Source of the DNA: Gallionella sp.
GTDB taxonomy: Bacteria > Pseudomonadota > Gammaproteobacteria > Burkholderiales > Gallionellaceae
Direction of reading: 5' to 3'
NCBI GenBank assembly: GCA_036171695.1
Contig: JAVHRN010000002.1
Span: 36,745 to 68,744, forward strand
Length of the DNA stretch: 32,000 bases
Part shown: positions 10,551 to 20,801 of the stretch, piece after piece
Layout: each line of letters opens with the position of its first letter
Numbering within the stretch: position 1 is the first letter of the stretch
Notes under the pieces: model-generated
What the model saw: only the letters and a program-made list of their open reading frames with translations
The model's database searches: none
Told to the model about the DNA's origin: nothing
Translations under genes and position numbers: made by a program

Positions 10551-11342
10551 ATGCGCAGCTCTTTGACCACCTTAAATAAGTTGCGCGCACAAGGCGACAA
10601 GCTCGCCATGTTGACTTGCTACGACGCAACCTTTGCCACACTTTTAGAAGCGCAGGGCGTGGATGTTTTATTAGTTGGTGACTCGCTAGGCATGGTGCTG
10701 CAAGGCTTTGATAGCACACTGCCCGTCAGCTTGGACGACATGGTGTATCACACGGCGTGCGTGGCGCGCGGTGCAAAACACGCTTTCATCATCGCCGATA
10801 TGCCGTTCGGTACTTTCCAAATCAGTCCCGAAAAAACCTTCGCCCACGCCGCGCGCTTAATGGCAGCGGGTGCACAAATGGTCAAATTAGAAGGCGGCGC
10901 GGCGATGACTGCGACCGTAAAATTTTTAACCGAGCGCGGCATTCCTGTCTGCGCGCACATCGGCTTAACGCCGCAATCAGTGCATCAATTAGGGGGCTAT
11001 CGCGTGCAAGGCAAAGACACGCATGCCGCACAAACACTGCAAACTGATGCCATTGCCTTGCAACACGCAGGCGCGGGCATGGTGGTATTAGAAGCTGTCC
11101 CAGCCGCGCTCGCTGCCGAGATTACTGAGCAATTAAGCATCGCCACCATAGGCATCGGTGCGGGGGTAAATTGCGCGGGACAAGTGTTGGTATTGCACGA
11201 CATGCTGGGTATTTATCCCGGTAAAAAAGCCCGCTTCGTCAAAGACTTTATGGCAGATTCAAACTCGATAGCCGAGGCCGTGGCACGCTATGTTGCAGAA
11301 GTTAAAAGCGGCGCGTTTCCCATGCTAGAGCACAGCTTTTAA
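10551..11342 (+). CDS. panB: 3-methyl-2-oxobutanoate hydroxymethyltransferase
   Basis: Contains [18 protein letters not shown] and KLEGG. The 263-aa length fits. Confidence 0.95.
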   Translation: MRSSLTTLNKLRAQGDKLAMLTCYDATFATLLEAQGVDVLLVGDSLGMVLQGFDSTLPVSLDDMVYHTACVARGAKHAFIIADMPFGTFQISPEKTFAHAARLMAAGAQMVKLEGGAAMTATVKFLTERGIPVCAHIGLTPQSVHQLGGYRVQGKDTHAAQTLQTDAIALQHAGAGMVVLEAVPAALAAEITEQLSIATIGIGAGVNCAGQVLVLHDMLGIYPGKKARFVKDFMADSNSIAEAVARYVAEVKSGAFPMLEHSF

Positions 11343-11458
11343 GCGCGCCAAAAAGATTGACTGAAAAGGTAATACCCTTAATTTTTTACCTCAGTTTCCT
11401 GCACTGGCTCTGCTAAAATGCCGCCAATTTTTTACCGCCTAATTTTTGGAGTATCGCT

Positions 11459-11782
11459 ATGACCTACGTCGTTTCAGAATCTTGCATCAAATGTAAATAC
11501 ACCGATTGCGTGGATGTTTGCCCCGTAGATTGTTTCCGCGCGGGGCCCAATTTTTTGGTGATTGATCCTGATGAATGTATCGACTGCACTTTGTGCGTGG
11601 CCGAATGTCCTGCGGAAGCGATTTTTGCTGAAGACGATTTGCCTGCAGAACAGCATCATTTTTTAGCGTTGAATGCCGAATTAGCGAAGCTGTGGAAACC
11701 CATCACCGCGAAAATTGATGCAGCTCCCGATGCGGATGAATGGAAAGGCGTTAAAGACAAATTGCATTTGCTGGAACGCTAA
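11459..11782 (+). CDS. fdxA: 7Fe ferredoxin (FdxA type)
   Basis: Contains [18 protein letters not shown] and [12 protein letters not shown]. The 107-aa length fits. Confidence 0.93.
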   Translation: MTYVVSESCIKCKYTDCVDVCPVDCFRAGPNFLVIDPDECIDCTLCVAECPAEAIFAEDDLPAEQHHFLALNAELAKLWKPITAKIDAAPDADEWKGVKDKLHLLER

Positions 11783-11791
11783 GTTTCACCT

Positions 11792-14443
11792 GTGTTTTAT
11801 CAAGCCGTTGCAAAAAAAATTCTCGCGGTACACACGCCGCCTGATTTGCGCGGCATCACGGTTTTAATTCCCAATTACCACGTTGCCCAGCCACTGGCGC
11901 AAGCACTGATTAAGCAGGCAAATGTGCCTGCTTTGTTGTTGCCGACCATGCTCACCTTGAGCGACTGGGCAGCCACAATTACCCTTGAACCCCCCGTCGA
12001 GACTGATACGCAGCGCATTGCGGTGTTGTATCAAACCTTGCGCGATAACGCTTGGTTTGGCAACGCTGACCTGTGGAGCTTGGCGCGCGAGTTGTTGTCT
12101 TTGATGGATGAACTCACGCGTCATCATGTTGCATTGCCAAAATCTCAAGCTGAATTTACCGAGCAATTAGTGGCGGCTTATGCAGCGCGCAATAGCTTTT
12201 CTTTGCAGTTTGAAGCGCGCGTGGTGCATGAACTTTGGTACGCGCTGACGGCGAATTCGTTTGACGCGGTGCGCGCGCAACAACAGCGTTTAGCACAGTT
12301 GGCCAGTGACATTAAGCAGCCGCTATATGTGTTGCTCACCTCGGATTTAAGTGCGCCCGAAACGCAGTTTTTACAACGCTGCGGCGAGCGTGTGGCGGTG
12401 ACGATTTTTGATGTGCGCGAGCAAATTCACTCAGCGGAAAATTGTGCCGTGATTGCCTGCGCTTTACAACGCGACAACACGCCAATGGATTTGCGCAGTG
12501 ATGCTGCGCAGCTTAAAAATAATTCTGCTGCGCAATTAACGGGACGCTTGCAACTCTTCGCCGCACACAGCTTGGAGCAGGAGGCGCGCGCTGCCGAGGT
12601 GCAAATACGCCGTTGGTTATTGGCGGGCAAAAAATCCATCGCGCTGGTGGTGCAAGATCGTTTAGTCGCGCGACGGGTGCGGGCGTTGTTGGAGCGCGCG
12701 CAGGTGCAAGTGCAAGATGAAAGCGGTTGGACATTTGCCACTCTGTCGGTCAGCACCGTGCTGATGGGTTGGCTGGAAACGCTGCAAAACGATTTTTATT
12801 ATCAAGACGTGTTGGATTTGCTCAAGTCGCCGTTGCTGTTCGCTGATGAACTACCCGATTCACGCAAACATGCCGCATTTTTATTTGAAAAAATGGTGCG
12901 CAAGCAAGGCGTGGTCAGCGGCTTGGATAAATTTATAGCGGCTAGTCGCGACACGGATTTAACGCGTGCGCTGGTGCGTTTGCGCCAAGCTGCGGCGATG
13001 TTGCCCAAGGGGCGCGTGACAATTAGTCAGTGGTTAATCGCGCTGCGCAATAGCTTGGAAATTTTGGGTGTGTTGGCAGCGTGGACGGAAGACGCGGCGG
13101 GGCAACAGTTGCTGCAATTGCTCGGCCAGTGGCGCGAGGAATTGCAAAACGACAGCACCAAATGCAGTTTTGCGGAATGGAAACGCTGGCTGTCGCAGCA
13201 GCTCGATTTGAATACTTTCCGCGATATGAGTGTGGTGAGTCCCGTGCTATTTACCCACCTCGCTGCGACGCGCTGGCGCAGTTTTGATGCGGTGTTGTTG
13301 TTAGGCTGTGATGCCAAACATCTGCCTGCACCGAGTTCCAGTATGTGGTTTAACGATGCCGTGCGCGCCGCACTGGGTTTGCCTTTGAGCCGTGTGCAAC
13401 AAGATGCCGCACGCGATGATTTGTTGGGATTATTGGCACTCAATAATGCAGTGTTGGTGACTTGGCAAGCGCATAAAGATGGCGAACCCAATATGCTCAG
13501 TCCGCATTTCGAGATGCTGCGCGCGCTGCATGGGCTGGCGTTTGGCGATGACTTGAACGCGCATGAATTGGCAAAAATTTGGCACGATGCGCAGGTGCAA
13601 AGTGATGAGTTTGTTTTACCGCGTGCCGCTGTGATGCCAATGCCCATCGTGGCCGCCGAGCTTTTACCGCAACGTATTTCGCCTTCTGGCTACAACAGTT
13701 TGGTGGCTTGCCCTTATCAGTTTTATGCGCGCCATGTGCTGCGCCTGAATGACTTGGATGAGGTGCGCGAAGCGATCGACAAGCGCGATTACGGCACTTG
13801 GGTACATGCGGTATTGCAACGTTTCCATGGTGAGTTCCCTTTGTTGCTGAATGAGGATTTAGCCGCTTTGCAACTCGCTTTGCAGCGCATCAGCAAGGAG
13901 GTTTTTGCTGACGCGCTGGCGCACGATTACCTCGCGGTTGCGTGGTTGTTGCGCTGGCAAAAAATGTTGCCTGGTTATTTGGCGTGGCAAATCGAACGTG
14001 AGCAAGCGGGTTGGCGATATACCGCCGCCGAAGAATCATTCGACTTTGCCGTGTTGGAAAATTTAATTTTGCGCGGACGCATAGATCGCGTGGATAGCAA
14101 TGCGGCGGGCGACGTGGCGGTGCTGGATTACAAAACGCAAACCGTCGCAGTGCTTAAAAATAAATTAACAGACGCGGGCGAAGATGTGCAACTGGCTTGC
14201 TACGCGACCGTGCGCAACGCACACGCAGCGGCGTTTGTGAGCTTGGAAGGCGAGGTGGCGGATGTCGCACCTGAGCAGGCGATGGACGAATTAGCGCGAC
14301 TCAATATCGAACGTTTGCAAATCTTGTTCACGCAGTTGCGCAGCGGCGCGCCTTTGCCTGCCAATGGCGTGGCACGAGCGTGTGCCTATTGCGAGATGCG
14401 CGGCTTGTGCCGACAAGGTTCATGGGAGCTGAAAAATGGATAA
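11792..14443 (+). CDS. AddB-like PD-(D/E)XK nuclease subunit of an AddAB-type helicase-nuclease
   Basis: C-terminal nuclease motif GRIDRVD...VAVLDYKT. Cysteines at LVACPYQ and CAYCEMRGLC fit an AddB-type Fe-S staple. A GTG start is assumed and there is no clear RBS. It overlaps the next gene by 8 nt. Confidence 0.78.
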   Translation: MFYQAVAKKILAVHTPPDLRGITVLIPNYHVAQPLAQALIKQANVPALLLPTMLTLSDWAATITLEPPVETDTQRIAVLYQTLRDNAWFGNADLWSLARELLSLMDELTRHHVALPKSQAEFTEQLVAAYAARNSFSLQFEARVVHELWYALTANSFDAVRAQQQRLAQLASDIKQPLYVLLTSDLSAPETQFLQRCGERVAVTIFDVREQIHSAENCAVIACALQRDNTPMDLRSDAAQLKNNSAAQLTGRLQLFAAHSLEQEARAAEVQIRRWLLAGKKSIALVVQDRLVARRVRALLERAQVQVQDESGWTFATLSVSTVLMGWLETLQNDFYYQDVLDLLKSPLLFADELPDSRKHAAFLFEKMVRKQGVVSGLDKFIAASRDTDLTRALVRLRQAAAMLPKGRVTISQWLIALRNSLEILGVLAAWTEDAAGQQLLQLLGQWREELQNDSTKCSFAEWKRWLSQQLDLNTFRDMSVVSPVLFTHLAATRWRSFDAVLLLGCDAKHLPAPSSSMWFNDAVRAALGLPLSRVQQDAARDDLLGLLALNNAVLVTWQAHKDGEPNMLSPHFEMLRALHGLAFGDDLNAHELAKIWHDAQVQSDEFVLPRAAVMPMPIVAAELLPQRISPSGYNSLVACPYQFYARHVLRLNDLDEVREAIDKRDYGTWVHAVLQRFHGEFPLLLNEDLAALQLALQRISKEVFADALAHDYLAVAWLLRWQKMLPGYLAWQIEREQAGWRYTAAEESFDFAVLENLILRGRIDRVDSNAAGDVAVLDYKTQTVAVLKNKLTDAGEDVQLACYATVRNAHAAAFVSLEGEVADVAPEQAMDELARLNIERLQILFTQLRSGAPLPANGVARACAYCEMRGLCRQGSWELKNG

Positions 14444-17400
14444 CGCCGCCGCACTAGACCCAAAAAATTCTGTGGTGGTTGAAGCCTGTGCGGGCAGCGG
14501 CAAGACTTGGCTGCTGGTGTCGCGCATCGTGCGGTTGTTGCTGGCGGATGTGCAGCCCAGCGAAATTTTAGCGATTACCTTTACACGCAAAGCGGCGCAA
14601 GAAATGCAGGAGCGCTTGCGCGATTGGCTGTATGACTTGGCGACTAAAGACGATGAATTCGTGCGCCAGTTTTTGCGCGAACGTGCCATTGCCGAACAGG
14701 ATTTAGATGTGATGTTGCCCAAGGCACGCGGCTTGTATCAGCAATTTTTATTGGCGCAACCGCCGCTCACCATCAACACGTTTCACGGTTGGTTTATGCA
14801 GATTGTGCAACGTGCGCCGCTCGATGCGGGCATGGCGGGCGGGGTGCAATTGGTCGAACAAACTGGCGCGTTATGGGACGAAGCTAGCACCTTATTTTTT
14901 GCCAGCTTGCATCGCCAACCAGATAATGAAATCGCAACTTCGATGAACGTGTTGTTCACCGAATTGGGTTTGTTCGGCACACAAAAAATGTTGCGTGCTT
15001 TCGCCGACAAACGCAGTGAATGGTGGGCTTACACAGCAGGGCAAGAACATCCACTGGACTACGCGCTGGCACAATTGCGCGATGAATTTCAGGTGGATTT
15101 AGACGCGGATGTGCTTGCCGAATATTGTGCCGATGCAGAAATTACCATTGCATTGCAAGCCTTTGCGCAACAGCTCGCCAGCAATGGCACAGAGGTGCAA
15201 CGCAACAACGCTAATAAGTTAATTAGCGCGACTGAAATGGGCGATGGCATGGCGCGTTTCGCCGCGTTGCGTGAATTTTTCTGCACGAAAACCGATGAGC
15301 CGCGTAAGACTTTTAAGCCGACTAAAAAGCAAGACGAGGCGAGTTATTGTGCCGCCCGTGATGCCGCGCAATCTTCGCTGCAAGAAGTGTTGGCGGCTTT
15401 GCAAGCGCAAGCCATTTATCGTTTTAACGAACATGCGCTGCGCTGTGGCGTGGCGATGTTGGAGCGTTATCAGCAATTAAAACAGCAGCAACAATCGTTG
15501 GATTTTTCTGATTTGGAATGGCGTGTGTGCCAGTTGTTGAACAACAGCGAACACGCCGAGTATCTGCAATACAAACTCGATAGCCGTTATAAGCACGTTT
15601 TGCTCGATGAGTTTCAAGATACCAACCCGCTGCAATGGCAGATTTTGCAAGCCTGGTTTGATGCCGCCGCAGCGGTGCAAAGCACGCCGAAAATTTTTGT
15701 GGTGGGCGATCCTAAACAGTCTATTTATCGTTTTCGTCGTGCCGATGCGCGCTTGTTTAACGTGGTGTGCGAATATCTTTTAGAGAATTATCAAGCCAAG
15801 TATTTGCAAAAAAACACCACGCGCCGCAACGCGCCCGCCGTGTTAAATGTGGTCAATGCGGTGTTCGATGGCTTGTCGGATAGCAAGCCAAAATTCGCTG
15901 GCTTCGAGACGCATCTTGCCCATCAAACTGCGTTGTTAGGCTATGTGGAAGTGTTGCCGTTATCGCTTGCTGCTGACGGTAGCAGCGCGACGCTCACGAG
16001 CTCTAATCTGACGCTGCGCAATCCACTTACTGATGCCTACCCCGATGTTGATGAAGGCGCGCGCGAATTGGAAGCGCAAGCCTTCGCGGCAAAATTATCG
16101 AGCATGGTCGGGAGCTGGCAAGTTCATGCAGATGGCAGCGTGCGCGCTTTGCAATGGGGCGACATCATGGTGTTGGTGCGCCGTCGCACCCATTTGAAAA
16201 TCTACGAGCAAGCGTTGCGTGCGCAACAGATTCCTTATCTCACTTCGCGACGCGGCGGTTTGCTCGACACCTTGGAAGCCTCGGATATACAGGCGTTGTT
16301 GACTTTCTTGATGACCCCTTTTGCGGATTTACAACTTGCCCATGTGCTGCGTTCGCCGATATTTTCGTGTAGCGATGATGACTTAATCAGGATTCAGGAT
16401 TCTGGATTTAGGATTCAGCAGAACGGCGTGATAAAGGAAGAAATGGGGTCAGACTTGCAAGAAATGGGGTCAGACTCGATTTCTTTTTGCGTTGCTGATG
16501 TTGGAACTGAATTAGTCGCTCGAAAAGAAATCGAGTCTGACCCCATTTCTTCTCTGCCAGCGAATCCTGAATCCTTAATCCCGAATCCTAGTTGGTGGCT
16601 GCGCTTACAAAGTATTGCACACAGTGACATCGCTACTGCGCACTTAAACCGTGCGCACGATTTACTAAAAAGTTGGTTAGTCCTCGCGGAAAAATTACCC
16701 GTGCATGACTTGCTGGACAAAGTTTATTTCGATGCGGATGTGCAGTCGCGTTATGCCGCTGCCGTACCCAAGGCGATGCGCGCTACGGTGTTGGCGAACT
16801 TGCAGGCGTTTATGGAAATCGCGCTCAATGTCGATGCAGGACGCTATCCGAGTCTGTCGCGCTTTTTGCGTACTTTGGATGAACTCAAACAAGCCGCTGA
16901 CAACGAAGCACCCAATGAAGGCGCGGTGGATCAGGCGGGCAATGCCTTGCGTATTTACACGGTGCATGAAGCTAAAGGCTTAGAAGCCCCGCTGGTGTGG
17001 CTGTTGGATAGCAACGCCAAAGCTCCCATTGATAAGGGCTTTGACGTGTTGTTGGATTGGCCGACCAACGATAAAAAACCTGCGCATCTGTCGCTGTACA
17101 CCGACAAAGCTAGCCACGGTGCGGCGCGTGAAAAGTATTTTGCCGTAGAGAAAATTTTGGCGGATCGCGAAGATATGAATCTGCTCTACGTCGCGATGAC
17201 GCGTGCTAAACAAGTGCTGCTGGTGAGTGGCAGCGGCAAGTTAATCGCCGATACCTGGTATGAGCGCATTGCGAATGCGCAGGGCGAAACTGCTGTGAAC
17301 CCATTGTTGTGTGGCGATGAGGTGGCTGGCACTCAACATCTTGAGCCGCAGTCCAAGTTACTTGCAGATGAATTAGCTGATGCGCGTCTTACTGAACCTT

Positions 17401-17873
17401 TGCCCACAGGCACACGCCAGCCCGCCATGAGTGATGCGCAACGGCGCGGCATTTGGTTACACGCCTTGTTGCAACATCTCGCTGCATCTTCTACATCGTG
17501 GTTAGAAGTTGAGCGCGATGTTTTGCAACGTCGCCTTAACATTCCCGACGAGGCAATCGACATGCTTTGGCAGCAAGCACAACATCTGCTGAACGCGCCG
17601 CATCTCACGCGCTTTTTTGACGTGCAACAATACCGCTGTGCCAGCAATGAAATGCCTTATGTCAATGCAAGTGGCGAGCTTAAACGTATTGACCGTTTAG
17701 TCGAATTTGACACGGAAGTGTGGGTGTTGGATTACAAGTTAAGTGATAGCGAAAACGTCGCGCGCCACCATGCGCAAATGCGCGAATATCAAACCGCTAT
17801 GCAGTCGGTTTATGCCGATAAAAAAGTCCGCTGCGCTTTGTTGTTTGCGGATGGGACACTGAGCGAGCTTTAA
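14436..17873 (+). CDS. AddA-like UvrD/RecB-family helicase-nuclease, carrying an in-frame repeat insertion
   Basis: Walker A ACAGSGKTW, DExx LLDEFQDTN, helicase motifs VGDPKQSIYRFRRA and YTVHEAKGLE, and C-terminal nuclease RIDRLVE...VWVLDYK. Confidence 0.85.
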   Translation: MDNAAALDPKNSVVVEACAGSGKTWLLVSRIVRLLLADVQPSEILAITFTRKAAQEMQERLRDWLYDLATKDDEFVRQFLRERAIAEQDLDVMLPKARGLYQQFLLAQPPLTINTFHGWFMQIVQRAPLDAGMAGGVQLVEQTGALWDEASTLFFASLHRQPDNEIATSMNVLFTELGLFGTQKMLRAFADKRSEWWAYTAGQEHPLDYALAQLRDEFQVDLDADVLAEYCADAEITIALQAFAQQLASNGTEVQRNNANKLISATEMGDGMARFAALREFFCTKTDEPRKTFKPTKKQDEASYCAARDAAQSSLQEVLAALQAQAIYRFNEHALRCGVAMLERYQQLKQQQQSLDFSDLEWRVCQLLNNSEHAEYLQYKLDSRYKHVLLDEFQDTNPLQWQILQAWFDAAAAVQSTPKIFVVGDPKQSIYRFRRADARLFNVVCEYLLENYQAKYLQKNTTRRNAPAVLNVVNAVFDGLSDSKPKFAGFETHLAHQTALLGYVEVLPLSLAADGSSATLTSSNLTLRNPLTDAYPDVDEGARELEAQAFAAKLSSMVGSWQVHADGSVRALQWGDIMVLVRRRTHLKIYEQALRAQQIPYLTSRRGGLLDTLEASDIQALLTFLMTPFADLQLAHVLRSPIFSCSDDDLIRIQDSGFRIQQNGVIKEEMGSDLQEMGSDSISFCVADVGTELVARKEIESDPISSLPANPESLIPNPSWWLRLQSIAHSDIATAHLNRAHDLLKSWLVLAEKLPVHDLLDKVYFDADVQSRYAAAVPKAMRATVLANLQAFMEIALNVDAGRYPSLSRFLRTLDELKQAADNEAPNEGAVDQAGNALRIYTVHEAKGLEAPLVWLLDSNAKAPIDKGFDVLLDWPTNDKKPAHLSLYTDKASHGAAREKYFAVEKILADREDMNLLYVAMTRAKQVLLVSGSGKLIADTWYERIANAQGETAVNPLLCGDEVAGTQHLEPQSKLLADELADARLTEPLPTGTRQPAMSDAQRRGIWLHALLQHLAASSTSWLEVERDVLQRRLNIPDEAIDMLWQQAQHLLNAPHLTRFFDVQQYRCASNEMPYVNASGELKRIDRLVEFDTEVWVLDYKLSDSENVARHHAQMREYQTAMQSVYADKKVRCALLFADGTLSEL
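16387..16591. repeat. Nested palindromic (REP/MITE-like) element inside the addA-like ORF
   Basis: Outer arms are four heptamers, TCAGGAT TCAGGAT TCTGGAT TTAGGAT (16387-16414), against ATCCTGA ATCCTTA ATCCCGA ATCCTAG (16564-16591). The inner part is a perfect 29-bp inverted repeat, 16459-16487 against 16523-16551. An extra direct copy of AAGAAATGGGGTCAGACT lies at 16439-16456. Confidence 0.85.
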
Positions 17874-17892
17874 GCCATGTTGTCCACGGAAT

Positions 17893-17927
17893 AAAAAAGG
17901 AGAGCCTATGACAGACTCTCCTTTTTT
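17893..17927. terminator. Bidirectional intrinsic terminator between the convergent addA-like gene and hemH
   Basis: AAAAAA-GGAGAG-11 nt loop-CTCTCC-TTTTTT. Confidence 0.7.
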
Positions 17928-17942
17928 ATTCTGAGATGAGTA

Positions 17943-19031
17943 TTATTGTTTCGCGCCCATCGCCAATGCGCGCAAGCGACTTTGTTCTAAGTCTGCCGCG
18001 TTAGATTCTTTGAGCCAACCTTGCAAATTGTCCATCACCAAATCAGTCAGCGCGTGCAGCCAATCATCGCGGTCATTCAAGCATGGAATGTAGTGGTACT
18101 CGCCGCCGCCTGCGTGTTGAAAATCTTCTTTGCCTTCCATCGCGATTTCTTCCAGCGTCTCTAAACAGTCGGCGACAAAGCCAGGGCAGACCACATCGAC
18201 GCGCTTGGTTTTTTGTTTACCGAGTTCCAGTAAAGTTGCGGTGGTGTAAGGCTTAATCCATTCAGCTTTGCCGAAACGCGATTGAAAACTCACCGCATAT
18301 TGTTCGCGCTTTAAGCCCAATGCTTCCGCCAACAACCGTCCTGTTTTGTGGCATTCGCAATGGTACATATCGCCTTTGTCTAAAGTGTATTGCGGCACGC
18401 CGTGAAAGCTCATCACCAGCTTTTCGGGGCGACCATTTTTCATCCAATAGTCGTTGATGTTGGCAGCCAAAGATTTGATGTAACCCGCGTCATCATGGAA
18501 ATGTTTGATGGTGCGAATGGCGGGGGTAACGCGCATTTTTTGCATTGCCGCAAACACGCGATCGAACACGGTTGCCGTGGCACTGGCGGCATATTGCGGA
18601 TACATCGGCACAACCAAAATGCGTGTGCAATTTTGTGCTTTTAACTTTTGCATCACGCTGATAATCGACGGATTGCCATAGCTCATCGCGTACTCAACTA
18701 CGAACGGAGCTTTCGTGCGTTGGCTTAAATAACCCTGTAATAACGTGGCTTGACGGGCGGTGTAAACGCGCAGAGGCGAGCCTTCTTTGAGCCATACCGA
18801 AGCGTATTTGGCGGCGGATTTTTTTGGTCGGATGTTAAGAATGATGCCATTCAAAATCAGCCACCAAATCGCTTTAGGAATTTCGACCACACGCGGGTCG
18901 CTCAAAAATTCTTTGAGATAAGGTCGCACCGCTTGTCCAGTCGGCGCGTCAGGCGTGCCTAGATTGACCAATAAAATGCCCGTTTTTTCGGGTGTGCCAT
19001 GTGCAAAAGGAGGTTCGATTAAATAAGCCAT
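17943..19031 (-). CDS. hemH: Ferrochelatase
   Basis: Contains [18 protein letters not shown] and [15 protein letters not shown]. The 362-aa length fits. Confidence 0.95.
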   Translation of the reverse strand: MAYLIEPPFAHGTPEKTGILLVNLGTPDAPTGQAVRPYLKEFLSDPRVVEIPKAIWWLILNGIILNIRPKKSAAKYASVWLKEGSPLRVYTARQATLLQGYLSQRTKAPFVVEYAMSYGNPSIISVMQKLKAQNCTRILVVPMYPQYAASATATVFDRVFAAMQKMRVTPAIRTIKHFHDDAGYIKSLAANINDYWMKNGRPEKLVMSFHGVPQYTLDKGDMYHCECHKTGRLLAEALGLKREQYAVSFQSRFGKAEWIKPYTTATLLELGKQKTKRVDVVCPGFVADCLETLEEIAMEGKEDFQHAGGGEYHYIPCLNDRDDWLHALTDLVMDNLQGWLKESNAADLEQSRLRALAMGAKQ

Positions 19032-19078
19032 AAAAGTGAGCAGTGAGTGAAAAATTAAAAGTTAAAAATGAGCGTGGG

Positions 19079-20098
19079 TTAGTGCAGCGATAGGGCGTTG
19101 CCGAGCAAGCGGGCGGTGATGTCAACAATCGGCACGATGCGTTCATAGTCCATCCGTTTCGGGCCGACTACGGCGAGTGTGCCGACAATTTTGCCATCGG
19201 CGGCATAGGGTGCGGTGATGACGCTACAACCTGCCAGTTGATCTAAGCCTGACTCCGCACCGACAAAAATATGGATGCCTGTGCCGCGTCCGCTCGCATC
19301 GAGTAATTGCAGTAATTCGGTTTTTTGTGCAAACAAATTAAACAAGCCACGCAACTGTTGGACATCGGTTGAAAGTTCATCGACATGCAATAGGTTATGT
19401 TCGCCGCTGATGACGTAATCGTTGCTGTGGCGGGCTTGCACGTCGTCGCCCGCCGCCAATGTTGCCGCCATTAGCGCGCTCATATCTTGATGCAATTGGT
19501 GCAGCTCGCCGCGCAGTTTGGCGCGAATTTGCGAGAAGCTGCACCCCAGATAATTTTGATTAAAAAAGTTGCCCGCCTCGGTGAGCTGCGATTGCGTGTA
19601 ATCGCGGGCCATGAGCAGCACGCGGTTTTCAACTTCGCCATCGGGCATGACCAGAATTAGCAATACGCGCTTATCGCCTAGGCGCAAAAATTCAATCTGA
19701 CGGATGGTCATTGCGCTGCGTTTCGCGCTAGCGACTACCCCCGTGTAATGAGTTAACTCGGATAATAAATTGGAGGCTTGGCTGATTAAGCGCGACGGAT
19801 TATCGGGTTGCAGATGCTGTTCGATATGCTGCAAACGTCCTGGTTCTAACGGCTGCGTGGTGAGCATGGTGTCGATAAATAAACGATATGCCAACGCGGT
19901 GGGCACGCGTCCTGACGAGGTGTGCGGGCTGCGTATCAAGCCTAACTCTTCAAGGTCTGCCATGACATTGCGGATGGTGGCGGGACTCACTTCTAAACCT
20001 GAGTATTGCAGCAACGCGCGCGACCCCACGGGCTGGCCATCGCTGATAAAGCGTTCCATTAAAGTCTTGAGTAACAGTTGTGCGCGGTCGTTGAGCAT
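19079..20098 (-). CDS. hrcA: Heat-inducible transcription repressor HrcA
   Basis: Contains MLNDRAQLLLKTL...GQPVGSRAL...SPATIRNVMADLEELGL. I prefer the internal Met at 20098, because the upstream extension would overlap ung. Confidence 0.92.
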   Translation of the reverse strand: MLNDRAQLLLKTLMERFISDGQPVGSRALLQYSGLEVSPATIRNVMADLEELGLIRSPHTSSGRVPTALAYRLFIDTMLTTQPLEPGRLQHIEQHLQPDNPSRLISQASNLLSELTHYTGVVASAKRSAMTIRQIEFLRLGDKRVLLILVMPDGEVENRVLLMARDYTQSQLTEAGNFFNQNYLGCSFSQIRAKLRGELHQLHQDMSALMAATLAAGDDVQARHSNDYVISGEHNLLHVDELSTDVQQLRGLFNLFAQKTELLQLLDASGRGTGIHIFVGAESGLDQLAGCSVITAPYAADGKIVGTLAVVGPKRMDYERIVPIVDITARLLGNALSLH

Positions 20099-20135
20099 GG
20101 CGGCGGATTCTATCACCGAGCTTTTCATCGCAGGC

Positions 20136-20801
20136 TTACAAATCCGCAATTTGCCAAGCGATTTCGCTGCGGCCATGTGCCCGCAATGCCGCATTGATTT
20201 TAGAAAAAGGACGGCTGCCGAAAAAGCCGCGATATGCCGACAGCGGCGAAGGGTGGGGCGACTCGATTACGACATGGCGAGAGGTATCAATTAAGGCGAT
20301 TTTTTTGCGCGCATTCGCACCCCACAACACAAACACCACAGGCTCAGTTTTCGCATTTACCGCCGCAATCACCGCGTCGGTAAAAGTCTCCCAGCCACGA
20401 CCTTGATGCGAATTTGCCTGATGGGCTTGCACTGTCAGCACCGTGTTGAGCAGCAATACGCCCTGTTCCGCCCAGTGCGTCAGATAACCGTTGTTAGGAA
20501 TTGGGTAGCCTAAATCGCTGTGCAATTCTTTGAAAATATTCAGCAGCGAAGGCGGAATTGCCACGCCTGGCCGCACTGAAAAACACAGCCCATGCGCCTG
20601 CCCGTCATCGTGATACGGATCTTGCCCCAGTATCAACACTTTCACCTGATCGATGGGTGTGAGTTGCAATGCCGCAAACACTTCCGCGTCTGGCGGAAAC
20701 ACCGTTGTGTGCTGCCGCTGTGCCGCGACAAAACGCTGCAAATCTTGGAAGTAAGGCTTGCGGGTTTCTGCGAGAAGGATGTGGGGGAGCGTGGCGTGCA
20801 T
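20136..20801 (-). CDS. ung: Uracil-DNA glycosylase
   Basis: Contains ILGQDPYH, GVLLLN and HPSPLS. The start at 20801 (MHATLPHILLAE..) gives an N-terminus of E. coli-like length. Confidence 0.92.
   Translation of the reverse strand: MHATLPHILLAETRKPYFQDLQRFVAAQRQHTTVFPPDAEVFAALQLTPIDQVKVLILGQDPYHDDGQAHGLCFSVRPGVAIPPSLLNIFKELHSDLGYPIPNNGYLTHWAEQGVLLLNTVLTVQAHQANSHQGRGWETFTDAVIAAVNAKTEPVVFVLWGANARKKIALIDTSRHVVIESPHPSPLSAYRGFFGSRPFSKINAALRAHGRSEIAWQIADL

Noticed and set aside
13027-13647. 206-aa minus-strand ORF inside the addB-like gene
   Set aside because: It is antisense to the long addB-like frame. Its composition is low-complexity and Ser/Cys/Ala-rich, and there is no independent support for it.
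16387-16591. The addA insert considered as an intein, an IS element or a frameshifting site
   Set aside because: The insert codes for only about 68 residues and has no intein splicing motifs. It has no transposase ORF, and the frame is continuous. The dyad symmetry points to a non-autonomous palindromic repeat.
19032-20135. CIRCE element (TTAGCACTC-N9-GAGTGCTAA) near hrcA
   Set aside because: I searched by eye in the spacers flanking hrcA and found no match. CIRCE is expected at chaperone operons elsewhere in the genome.
19770-20294. 174-aa + strand ORF spanning the hrcA/ung junction
   Set aside because: It is antisense to both hrcA and ung, which have clear family motifs. It is a shadow ORF.
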